A stretch of 64,000 bases of DNA from Bugula neritina. Lineage: Eukaryota; Animalia; Bryozoa. Shown here in pieces: positions 1 through 8,990 of this stretch. A program made the translations under genes and the position numbers. The DNA is taken from NCBI GenBank assembly GCA_964035545.1, contig OZ037765.1, forward strand, positions 9,930,698 through 9,994,697. Reading direction: 5' to 3'. Under the pieces are notes generated by a model. It saw only the letters and a program-made list of their open reading frames with translations. It was not told where the DNA came from and did no database searches. Every line of letters starts with the position of its first letter. Positions within the stretch are counted from its first letter, which is position 1.

Positions 1-448
1 TTACTTTTTTTCTAATCATTCACTGTCTAATTACCAGGCTCCCTGGTCCACCGTAGCCGGTTTTTTCGCTACTTCTCGGTTAGTAGAGGCTTCCTTCTTG
101 CTTTGCAGACACATAGACCATGGCTCAGCAGTCTTCGCCTTATCAGGGATGTCGAAGCTGTTGTTCCTGTTGATTCTGATCATTCTTTGCCAACTCAGGA
201 CTTGTTTTATGGCAATCTTTCTTGCTGATCCTAATGAAAACCTTGTCATCTCTAGGTGTGCTTATTTTTGGTCGGCCATTTTCAGGTCCATCTGCTACAC
301 TACCAGTGTCCATAAACTTCTTGATAAATTGATGTACAGTTGTCTTTACTTTGCCAACTTTTTCAGATATTTTCCTAATTGAATAACCTTCTTTTTGCAA
401 GAAAATTATTACAAACTTTGCCTCTGAAGGAAGATTTACAGCTCTCAT
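1..448 (-). pseudogene. Tc1-like transposase pseudogene (N-terminal HTH region)
   Basis: ORF 143-448 has paired-like HTH features and GRPKISTPRDDK (Tc1 GRPR-type motif). After a frameshift near 185 it continues SLIRRRLLSHGL...ARRKPLLTEK*RKNRLRW...N*TVND*KK, with in-frame stops. Confidence 0.85.
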
Positions 449-846
449 TTAGTCTATGGGCAGCACCCAAGTAGACACCATGTAAAAGCTCACAACTAAA
501 TGACATATTTTAAATTATAAAAGAAAGTTATACTTTATGATATCATGATGCCACGCACAAAGTCAAATTTCACTATTTAGCCTTTTGTGGTTATAAAAGT
601 CGATAAACTTTGGTTACATAAAAATACAGGAGTTGCGCTTCCCTAGCTGCCTGTGCACTTGGCCCAGAAATGGGTAGAAAAAATCACAACAGCAAGAATT
701 TAGAAGATGGAAATTGTAGAGCACATTCTAAGGGTCATTTTGATATATAGAACTTGCAGGAAAATATTAAGAACTTACAAGAAATGCCTATTAAACAAGA
801 TACATAGAAATTTCTGCAAGCGTCCTTAAACTTTTTCACATCACTG
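1..846 (-). mobile_element. Degenerate Tc1/mariner (Tc1-like) DNA transposon, truncated by the window edge
   Basis: The minus-strand end reads CAGTGATGTGAAAAAGTTTAAGGACGC (a CAGTG-type Tc1 TIR start at 846) and is flanked by TA at 847-848. Transposase remnants lie inside. The other TIR is outside the window. Confidence 0.85.
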
Positions 847-1754
847 TATGTTTTTATACAGTTTTATACAATTTTGTAGTTGTTTTCTCTATTGTATGTC
901 CAGTTCCTTAGTAACCGCTAGGGCTAGGAGATGCTTTCGATTAAGAAATGAAGTAGATTTTTGCCAAGACCTTACTTTTCTCATATCATAATCATATACA
1001 CATAAAATGCTTTCAATCTCAAGTAGGCCAATTTATGTTAACTTATATTGCTTTAAGATCAAAATCTGACGAAAAGCTACTTTCACCAAACTTTCCTAAT
1101 CAATCGGACTGAATAAATCTTAGACTTATAATAATAAAATTTTCCTATACTTATAGTAATACTATTACCTATTAGTAAAGCTCACTGACACTAACAGTAA
1201 CTTAAACTGTACTACCTAAGCTAATGGCTATAATACTAATAGTAATACTAATAATAAATTATCGCTAGTGTTATGCAAATACTGTAAACTTCTCCAATCA
1301 CAATAACCTATTATTTATTCCCATTCAAGTGAATGTAATTATTTGTGTATGCAATGTCAATAGTAAGTAAACATTATGACAATCGAATGCTGCTGTTCTA
1401 TTAGTTCTATTATTTCTCACAGTAAGTAACTCACAGTCCCTGCAGGCTCAGTATTGCTGCAACTATTGAATACGTGTTTGCTATTGGCTATTGATAATAG
1501 TATTATCGTTGCTCTAAGGTACCATTGCCATTATACTGGACATTGTCATAAGAGCAAGACTTGTGTATACTTGCAGGTTATAGAACTATGATTTTATATC
1601 AATGTGATTATTAGTGCTGAGTTTTTAACAGTTGCTCGCTTGGCAGGGTTCTTTAGTGTCACATTGATCAACGACATCTCTCATATTATAATGTCATATA
1701 GGTATGTAGATGTTAATTATTTACACACATACACTTACAGAAGTTTTACAATCC

Positions 1755-1828
1755 GTATTACTATTAGTATTACGATGTTAGACTTAGTATTACTATTAGT
1801 ATTACAATGTTAGACTTAGTATTACTAT
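1755..1828. repeat. 32-bp tandem repeat (about 2.4 copies) interrupted by the LTR element
   Basis: Unit GTATTACTATTAGTATTAC(G/A)ATGTTAGACTTA at 1755-1786 and 1787-1818. The third partial copy is split at CTAT and resumes after 7089. Confidence 0.8.
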
Positions 1829-2180
1829 TGTAGTGAGTAGTGCAAGTACAAATACAGGAATCGCCCTCTCCCTATTCTTGGAATACTTAGACTCTTATGT
1901 AGCAACCAATTAGCAGCTCCGGAAGATATGCTTCCGAGTCACGTGACACTGCCCGGGTTAATAAGATTATATCACGTTGTTGTAAGCGGAGGCTTGTAGT
2001 AGTAACATGTGTTAGTAGTTGACTCTTGTATAGGATAATTTGATGTGATGTTTGTTTTATGCTTTATTGTGGATAATAAATATAATTACTCGACAGCTAC
2101 CCTAGTAATTGATAACAGAATAACCAGCTAACTATACGCAAGTAAATAACTCACGCTCAGTAGTTGCACAAATTACTACA
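1829..2180 (+). repeat. 5' LTR (352 bp)
   Basis: TG...CA termini; matches 6738-7089 with no difference found by eye; CCAAT 1906-1910, GTCACGTGAC 1938-1947, AATAAA 2075-2080. Confidence 0.97.
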
Positions 2181-2181
2181 G

Positions 2182-2199
2182 TGGTGGCAGCAGTGGGAT
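2182..2199 (+). other. Primer binding site, probably tRNA-Leu
   Basis: TGGTGGCAGCAGTGGGAT lies one base after the LTR and is complementary to a tRNA 3' end ...ATCCCAC(T/C)GCTGCCACCA, as recalled for metazoan tRNA-Leu(AAG/TAG). Confidence 0.8.
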
Positions 2200-2215
2200 C
2201 TTGCGTATAGCAGTC

Positions 2216-3166
2216 ATGGCAGAAGACGGCACGGAGCTACCCATTCCACTGAATGAAGGTGAGAGAGATAATGTTGATATACCTGTGGAACCAGTGGTGT
2301 TAGATGAAGAAGTGAGAATTCTTAGAGAGCATGGTGAAGATAGATATCGGCTGAAGGCGCCCAACTTCACTGGCGAAGAAGCAGTGGAGCAGTTCATCCA
2401 AGAATTCCAGGATGTGACGGAGATTGCAGAATGGCCGCCAAGGGTGGCGTTGCTAAAGCTCAGGATGGCGCTGACGGGCAAAGCTAAGCCGTACGGAGCT
2501 GGACCTGACATAGACGGAATCTTTGCTTCCCTGCGGGCCCGTTTTGGCATCTCTCCCATAGATGCGCGGGCCCGTCTACAGAGGATGCGGCGTGATCCTC
2601 ACACGTCACTAGAAGAGCACGCTGCCACGGTGTACCCATTAGCGCAGATTGCATTCCGCGATCTGCCTCCGGTACACCGTGAGAGGTATACCTATGATGC
2701 CTTCGTGCAGTCCATCAACGACTTGGGGCTCCACCATCAACTCCAAGCGAGGGGAGTCACCACAGTCGAAGATGCACTTGCGGTGGGAGAAGCCTATCTC
2801 TTGGCGACTCATATGCACCGCAACCGCGTGGCCTCCCGCCAGGTGACCACGGAGCACTCTACTGCTCACACCGAATTAAATGCGGAACCCTCCGCGGTGG
2901 CTAGTGTGAACCAGATGTCACTAGCGTCAAAAATCTCACAGATGTCTGACATGCTAGATAAACTGGTCACCACATTAGCCTCCCCAAGCCAGGTAGATAC
3001 TGCCCGTGAGCCTTGCGGGCCGCAGGTACAATCACCAGGCATGGGGCACCATTTCTGCTGGGAATGCGGAAGGCCAGGACATTTCCAGAGAAACTGCCCT
3101 CAACTCCCACCAGGGTTAAACTACCCCGGCCCGCAGATGTTCCCACCTCCTGCGGGCCGTCTGTGA
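2216..3166 (+). CDS. gag: Gag protein (316 aa): capsid-like region plus CCHC zinc knuckle
   Basis: First ATG is at 2216. RYRLKAPNFTGEEAVEQFIQEF...W...L.MALTGKA resembles a retrotransposon capsid start; CWECGRPGHFQRNC is C-x2-C-x4-H-x4-C. Confidence 0.92.
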   Translation: MAEDGTELPIPLNEGERDNVDIPVEPVVLDEEVRILREHGEDRYRLKAPNFTGEEAVEQFIQEFQDVTEIAEWPPRVALLKLRMALTGKAKPYGAGPDIDGIFASLRARFGISPIDARARLQRMRRDPHTSLEEHAATVYPLAQIAFRDLPPVHRERYTYDAFVQSINDLGLHHQLQARGVTTVEDALAVGEAYLLATHMHRNRVASRQVTTEHSTAHTELNAEPSAVASVNQMSLASKISQMSDMLDKLVTTLASPSQVDTAREPCGPQVQSPGMGHHFCWECGRPGHFQRNCPQLPPGLNYPGPQMFPPPAGRL

Positions 3167-3180
3167 ATCACCCAGGGAGG
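3115..3180 (+). promoter_or_regulatory. Putative -1 programmed ribosomal frameshift signal
   Basis: G_TTA_AAC in the Gag frame (3115-3121), a 5-nt spacer, then a perfect 10-bp stem CGGCCCGCAG (3127-3136) / CTGCGGGCCG (3150-3159). ORF2 is in the -1 frame. Confidence 0.75.
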
Positions 3181-5373
3181 CCCGCGCGTCTGTCGCCCCG
3201 CTGGGCGCCGCGCGGAGATGCTGTGAAGTGGCGACCCCCGCGACAAGTAGGCTCAAGCCACTCGCCGCCTGGGTCCTCTACGCCACTCCGGCACCAACAC
3301 GGAGCCGGCAGACGGTTGACCACAGAGCCTGCGAGGGAAACGGTACAAGCGCCGCAAGGCGTACTGCCCCAACCTCGGCAGCTGGTCAATAGTCGCCGCC
3401 AACCGTGGACCCCTCGACCCACAGCGAGGGAGGTGCAACCACGGCACACTCAATTGCAGCCGCACGGAAGTAGCTACTTCCTGCCAGGGAAGTTAGCCGG
3501 CAAGCCTGCCAACTTCCTCCTGGACTCCGGCTGCACCACCAACCTCCTTAGCCGTCAGTTCTTTGACACCCTCAGCGCTAAGGTCAAGGACAGGTTGGCA
3601 CCGTACGAGGGGGATCACGGCACCTTGGCAGACGGGTCGTGCATTCCCTTCTACGGCATTATTGAGCTAACTGGTTACGTCCGTAACCAGGCCATCCAGG
3701 AGACGTTTATCGTCGGGCAGCTCAACGAGGATGCTATCCTCGGGATGCCATTCTTACAACGACACGGTTGTCGCATTGATTTCAGTAAATCTGCGATAAT
3801 CATGGGCGACAAGGAGCTCGCTTGTGTCGATAAGTTTGGTCGTCCTCTAGCGGGAGCAGTGCAGGTAGTACGGAGCTGTACTATACCAGGCCACTCCCGG
3901 GCTACCGTCCGCTGCAAGGTAGACGGTGGCCAAACCTCTAAGTTGGGAGTTGTCGAAAGTACGCACTCGAGAGTCCAACTTGCCCGTAGTTTTAGCCGGC
4001 TCACGGGGCAAGGAGAGATCTCAGTGCAGTGTGTCAACCCCTTCTCAGAGACAGTAGACCTACCACCCAGATCCATGCTGGGTCGCTTCCATCCTGTCCA
4101 GGAGGAAGCCATTGGGCCGTCGTCGGGAGCTACGACGGAAGGTCCTCAACAGAGCCCGTCTCAAGGGCGGAGGACCGTCCCAACCCATGCCTCCCCTCCT
4201 CCAGGGACGCGTGGCTGCACAGGCAACGGGAAGCGCCAGGCTATGGCTAGGTTGCCACATGGGTACAGTGAGGCGTTCAGCCACACAGACCACGGAGCCC
4301 GCCTAAATAGAGCAGGCTGCCGTGAGGTACCGCGGGCGGCGAGGACCGCCCCTGCTCAGCCACTTCAACAGAGGGCTGACACGCCCCCGGAGGCTGCCCA
4401 GAGCCTCCGCGCCAAACCTGTATGGGCTGGTAACGTTAGGGAGCTGCCGAAGCTCCAGGAATGCCTTCCTGGGGTGGTAGCCGACGTGTACCGAGCGAAA
4501 CAGGAGGGGCGACGACCCAGTAGTACACAACGGCGACAGGGATGCGCCGAGTTACGGCTGTACTGTCAACGTTGGAGCTCTCTGCGGGTCGGGCCAGATG
4601 GTCTGCTAACCATGACCTTGGCCACCAACAGCAGACAGCCAGCCAGGAAGAGGGTTGTCTGCCCAGTTGCCATCCGCCGGAAGTTGATACAAGACACTCA
4701 CGAGGAGACTCACGGAGGAGTCCAAGGGGTGGTCACCAAGCTACAACTCCGGTGGTACTGGCCTAACATGGAACGGGATATCCGACGCAGAGTGAGACGG
4801 TGCAAAGTCTGCCAGACCAACAAGCATAGCCGTCTCCCTGGTGAAGTGGGGCGGCAGACGCATTGTGCGAGAAGGTCTCGGCAGGCGGAGACTGTCAACC
4901 TGGCCGGAAACACCTCCATGACACGTCAGGAAGACTTGGCGAGGCGAGAAAGGCCACTTCCGTCCTTGAAAGTGCGCCCACCGCCCCCAACGTCAAGCCT
5001 GCCATCATCACCACTTCCGGAACCAGAAACAGGTCCGGAAGTGCAAAAACCCCCCGTGGGAGGGGCTCCGCAAGGAGATGCCAACATAGGACCAGCACCA
5101 CACACTAGGCAACTTCCAGCGTGTCTCAGAGACTGTGTACGTGACCGCGGTATAAGCGGCAGTAACAAAAGTCTAGAGAGGCCTCGCGTAGGAAAACAGG
5201 CAAAGAGCCGTGGGAGTTGTGATCACCACGAGAATCTCAACTTTTGCCTCGGCGGAATCTCACACGAGATTCATCCGCTGGAAGTGAAAAGCCCTAGTCA
5301 CGTTTCACAACCACGCTGTCCGGCCTTTTCCTATGTTGATGCAGTCGAGAGTAGACGTGCCAGTAAACAGTAA
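3121..5373 (+). CDS. pol: Internally deleted Pol: aspartic protease plus integrase Zn-binding (HHCC) domain; no RT, RNase H or DDE core
   Basis: The frame is open from 3013 to 5373. FLLDSGCTTNLL (DSG at 3523-3531) and DAILGMPFL mark a retropepsin; HEETHGG...WYWPNM...CKVCQ (4699-4812) is an integrase HHCC. No YxDD, RNase H or DD35E motif is visible. Confidence 0.88.
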   Translation, partial: LPRPADVPTSCGPSVNHPGRPARLSPRWAPRGDAVKWRPPRQVGSSHSPPGSSTPLRHQHGAGRRLTTEPARETVQAPQGVLPQPRQLVNSRRQPWTPRPTAREVQPRHTQLQPHGSSYFLPGKLAGKPANFLLDSGCTTNLLSRQFFDTLSAKVKDRLAPYEGDHGTLADGSCIPFYGIIELTGYVRNQAIQETFIVGQLNEDAILGMPFLQRHGCRIDFSKSAIIMGDKELACVDKFGRPLAGAVQVVRSCTIPGHSRATVRCKVDGGQTSKLGVVESTHSRVQLARSFSRLTGQGEISVQCVNPFSETVDLPPRSMLGRFHPVQEEAIGPSSGATTEGPQQSPSQGRRTVPTHASPPPGTRGCTGNGKRQAMARLPHGYSEAFSHTDHGARLNRAGCREVPRAARTAPAQPLQQRADTPPEAAQSLRAKPVWAGNVRELPKLQECLPGVVADVYRAKQEGRRPSSTQRRQGCAELRLYCQRWSSLRVGPDGLLTMTLATNSRQPARKRVVCPVAIRRKLIQDTHEETHGGVQGVVTKLQLRWYWPNMERDIRRRVRRCKVCQTNKHSRLPGEVGRQTHCARRSRQAETVNLAGNTSMTRQEDLARRERPLPSLKVRPPPPTSSLPSSPLPEPETGPEVQKPPVGGAPQGDANIGPAPHTRQLPACLRDCVRDRGISGSNKSLERPRVGKQAKSRGSCDHHENLNFCLGGISHEIHPLEVKSPSHVSQPRCPAFSYVDAVESRRASKQ

Positions 5374-5396
5374 TCAGATACCACTTTCATTCCAAA

Positions 5397-6444
5397 ATGT
5401 CTTACTATTCTGGATCGAAGGGTGAGTTAATTATGTTTTTGGTACGATAACTAGACTGCATCAGTCAGCTACACTAGCTAGCTGGAGATTCGATAATGAT
5501 AAACAGTGGTGGGAATACACGTCGACTTTGATTTTAAATAATCTGTCATAGCGAGTGTGTTCTCCATCAACTATTCATTAGCCTGAATCTCACGAGTGTA
5601 ACTGAACAGAGTACCGGTCAGGCTGTACACGCCGACGGTGTCTCAGTGTATAATCTTTAACACTGCTACTCTTTCAGATCACACTCGAGTGACCACCTCC
5701 CGGTCACGAGACCAGCCAACCTCTCTGTCTATGGAAGAAGAGCCTGTAATGGAGAATGGCATACCAGTAGTACTCCGCCGACGACACCGTTGGGTGTCAA
5801 CCACGACAGAGAGGAGAATTGAAGAAGCCTGGGGACCCAGTGGACCACACCGAACCTGCCAGGTCTGCTTTGAGGAGTGCCCGTCACACCGCTCCTTGCG
5901 TTTACATGTGGATGCCCATTTCCTACTCCACTTCTGTCCCTGCGGCTTCCACGACGTCTACCCGTATCCCGTGACAGTACATAAGCTAAGCTGCTTCGCC
6001 GGAGAGAACCACACTGTTGATGAAGACAGTTTCCCCCTATACCTGGATGCCATCAAACCAGTCATCAGGAAGGCTATTACCCTGGCCGCACTAACGTCAG
6101 GGTTTCACGTACTGATACTATCTGCCCGCCATAAGTCCCCTATGGTTCAGGGCCCGCCTCCTACCCCCGTCAACCCTAGCAACACCCCAGAAGTAGAAGA
6201 AACAACCATATCCCGTATCACGGAGACCCCCGTAACCCCACCAAGACCTAGCCAGCTGGCTAACGTAGAAGAGCGGCTTCTAAGACTGCAAGCCGAGTTC
6301 ACACAACTTGCCCCTGACTTGCTGGATACGACGACAGGTCTATACCAGTTGAAGGACTCAGTGGGACGACTGAAGAGGCGGCTACGGGCCCGACAGGCTC
6401 GACACAGAGCACGGTCGCTACAAGAAGCAGAGTCCAACCAATGA
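5397..6444 (+). CDS. Retroelement ORF3: two zinc fingers, leucine zipper and basic tail; predicted spliced (5397-5421 + 5678-6444, 263 aa); unspliced fallback start ATG 5731
   Basis: The frame is open 5638-6444. CQVC-x12-H-x3-H is followed by CPC-x12-H-x3-C, then heptads L/L/F/L/L/V/L and RLKRRLRARQARHRAR. CAAAATG at 5393-5399, GTGAGT donor at 5422 and CTCTTTCAG acceptor ending at 5677 join in frame. Confidence 0.72.
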
Positions 6445-6726
6445 GAATGCCTGGGGTAGGCACCTTCGTTGAGCTATAGCTCGTTTAGGATATGACGAGC
6501 GCTCCGACATTGGCCCGCGTGCTGGTAAGCACCCTCTCTCTTAATAGCTGACTAGATGTGTGTGATCGATCACCCTGTTGTCTTCTAATGTAAATGTTGT
6601 CGTGTTTAACTATTTCTTTTCTTACTCTTTGTGGGTTTACTTATGAATATTTCCTTTTTGGATTATTGTATGGTTTTTCATTATGTTTTTTTATTGTTGT
6701 GTTATCAGAAAGTAGGGCTTTCTGCT

Positions 6727-6737
6727 GGGGGGGACGG
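6727..6737 (+). other. Polypurine tract
   Basis: GGGGGGGACGG immediately precedes the 3' LTR. Confidence 0.8.
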
Positions 6738-7089
6738 TGTAGTGAGTAGTGCAAGTACAAATACAGGAATCGCCCTCTCCCTATTCTTGGAATACTTAGA
6801 CTCTTATGTAGCAACCAATTAGCAGCTCCGGAAGATATGCTTCCGAGTCACGTGACACTGCCCGGGTTAATAAGATTATATCACGTTGTTGTAAGCGGAG
6901 GCTTGTAGTAGTAACATGTGTTAGTAGTTGACTCTTGTATAGGATAATTTGATGTGATGTTTGTTTTATGCTTTATTGTGGATAATAAATATAATTACTC
7001 GACAGCTACCCTAGTAATTGATAACAGAATAACCAGCTAACTATACGCAAGTAAATAACTCACGCTCAGTAGTTGCACAAATTACTACA
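6738..7089 (+). repeat. 3' LTR (352 bp)
   Basis: Copy of 1829-2180, followed by the TSD CTAT. Confidence 0.97.
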
Positions 7090-7801
7090 CTATTAGTGTT
7101 TTTAGTAGGCCCTATAACTACTATATGATGCATGTATTGGTTATTTCAATTAGAATTTACTGATTCATAATTTAGTTTTTTTTCAACAAATCATTTAAAA
7201 TCTCTCAAAGCAGGTACTTTCTGCAACCACAAATACAGCAGCAAAAATTATTTAAGTTTCATTTGGAAGCTGAAGCTAAAATGTGTTTCTGTAATGGTTC
7301 AATATGGGTTAATTATATTTATGAAAAGAAGGTTTAAATAGTTTAGCTATATAAATATATATTTTAAAAAATTGAGAATGGATTGTACACTCAGCTTATT
7401 ATCATTATGTAATGCTGTAATCCTATTTGAAATGTATGTAGGCAATAACAGTGTAAAAATTAAATTTAAGCTTTGATTACCCACATACCAATATTATTGT
7501 TTTTGCATTTATTTCACATTTGCAGGTATGATCAACCTACTAAAAAAAAAACAAATATATCATCAAAAATTATTCTAATGTTATGCATAATGAGTTAATG
7601 TTGAGTCTCATTAACAATATTAAGTTGGTTATAAAATTATTGGCTTAGTAAAGCTAATGTCATATTTATAGACATGGCCTGTTTTGTTTAAGCCAACTAG
7701 ACTGGTCCAAGCTTGGACTAAATTGATTTTTGCCTAGTTCTGCTTTTAAACTGGTTTTCATCAAACTCACTCCTTTATCTATTCTGTTTGTTCTGTTTCA
7801 G

Positions 7802-7887
7802 TTATAAGCAAGCTACCTGCAAAGCCTCTTCACACACACCTTGAAAAGTACTCATTAGTGTCATTCAGCAAGCCAGTCTGTAAAAGG
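7802..7887 (+). other. Probable non-coding 5' exon of the gene starting at 8991
   Basis: Strong acceptor TTCTGTTTCAG and donor AAG|GTGAGT bound an 86-nt ATG-less segment. The next strong acceptor, TTTTCTTTTAG, lies just before ATG 8991. Confidence 0.5.
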
Positions 7888-8990
7888 TGAGTGAGCCTGG
7901 TATTTAATTAGTTTTATTTATTTTTGTTAAATAATCTTTTTGTTATCAGGAGTTAACAATGAGCAATATTTAGATCAATTTGCTAGTTTCAATTTTACTG
8001 GTAATACCAGGTCACCAACTAGAGCTAAATCAAGATATTGGTGCCAAAATAAAATATAATATTTTGAAAAACAAAACCACATCAATAAAATAAATCTTAC
8101 CCAGTTTTGGTGATACAACTTTATGACACAATACAAACAATTAATTGGGCGACATGTATAAAAGCTTTTTCCTCCTTCTATGAAAAAGTTATGTTTATTG
8201 AGGTCAACAAAATTCTGAAAAAATGCTGCTTCAAATATTTAAGCCTGACCAATATATGTGCAGTATAAGACACAAGCTCAATACACCACATGGTAATTGT
8301 CCCATTCTCTAATGATATATAATAATTATCTGTCGGTGAATAATTTAATAATTTGATATAATATCATTATACTATTGCACATTATTGCCACGTTTAGACC
8401 ATTTTGCAGTAATTAGGTGCAACTTTTGGCTGCCTTTGAATTGTAACTCGGGTTGATGTAAAGTCCACAATAATGCTGATAATGTTTTAATAATAGTTTG
8501 CTAAAAGAAAATTCTTTAATGACTATAAATTTCAAGTAAAACAAAAGATTAGGTGCAATATAACTCTCAACCTTACTTAGTAATTTTATATTACCTAAGC
8601 CACTATGTAGTCCTGTGCATTGTATGCATATTTTGACAAAGTTGAGCTGTGCCACATTCATTATGAAAGCTTCCTCTGAAATTGATCTTATGTCAATATA
8701 TATTTGGTTGCACTTGAACAATTCACACTGAATTATTAAGCAAACTTTATCCATAGAACTTAGTTACTAAGTAGGCGCTCTTTACCCAAATTAGGTATGA
8801 CTGTAATCTACCTGAGGTTGTTACTTGTTACACTGTTTGTTGTAACTGGTGCTTTGAAATGCTTCTAATTTATTTTTTCCAGTTATGGTTGCCTAAAAGG
8901 TAATATGTATGGAGTAGTATAATTTTGTACCTACTTTATAAGTGAATATTTTAAACTGTTTTCTTTTAGTTAGACTGTACTTGCTACGTT

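Larger units (their letters stand above)
1829..7089 (+). mobile_element. Ty3/Gypsy-type LTR retrotransposon, structurally complete but non-autonomous (no RT, RNase H or integrase core)
   Basis: Two 352-bp direct repeats with TGTAGT...ACTACA ends; 4-bp TSD CTAT (1825-1828 and 7090-7093); PBS after the 5' LTR; PPT before the 3' LTR; Gag CCHC, protease and integrase HHCC motifs with a pre-RT remnant between protease and integrase (Gypsy order). The interior is GC-rich against AT-rich flanks. Confidence 0.95.

Noticed and set aside
2216-5373. Domesticated PEG10/Arc-like host gene
   Set aside because: The Gag-frameshift-protease layout is similar, but identical LTRs, PBS, PPT and TSD show a recently mobile element rather than a fixed host gene.
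2176-6437. Many short antisense and alternate-frame ORFs inside the LTR element
   Set aside because: They are expected shadows of GC-rich coding sequence and show no motifs.
5638-6444. ORF3 as a retroviral-type envelope
   Set aside because: No signal peptide, fusion-peptide pattern or C-terminal transmembrane anchor is visible. The Cys/His spacing fits zinc fingers.
6631-6822. 63-aa hydrophobic ORF running into the 3' LTR
   Set aside because: It arises from a U-rich 3' UTR, has a non-ATG start in the track, and has no other support.
8413-8754. 113-aa minus-strand ORF
   Set aside because: AT-rich intron-like composition, no motif, and no compatible exon partners found.
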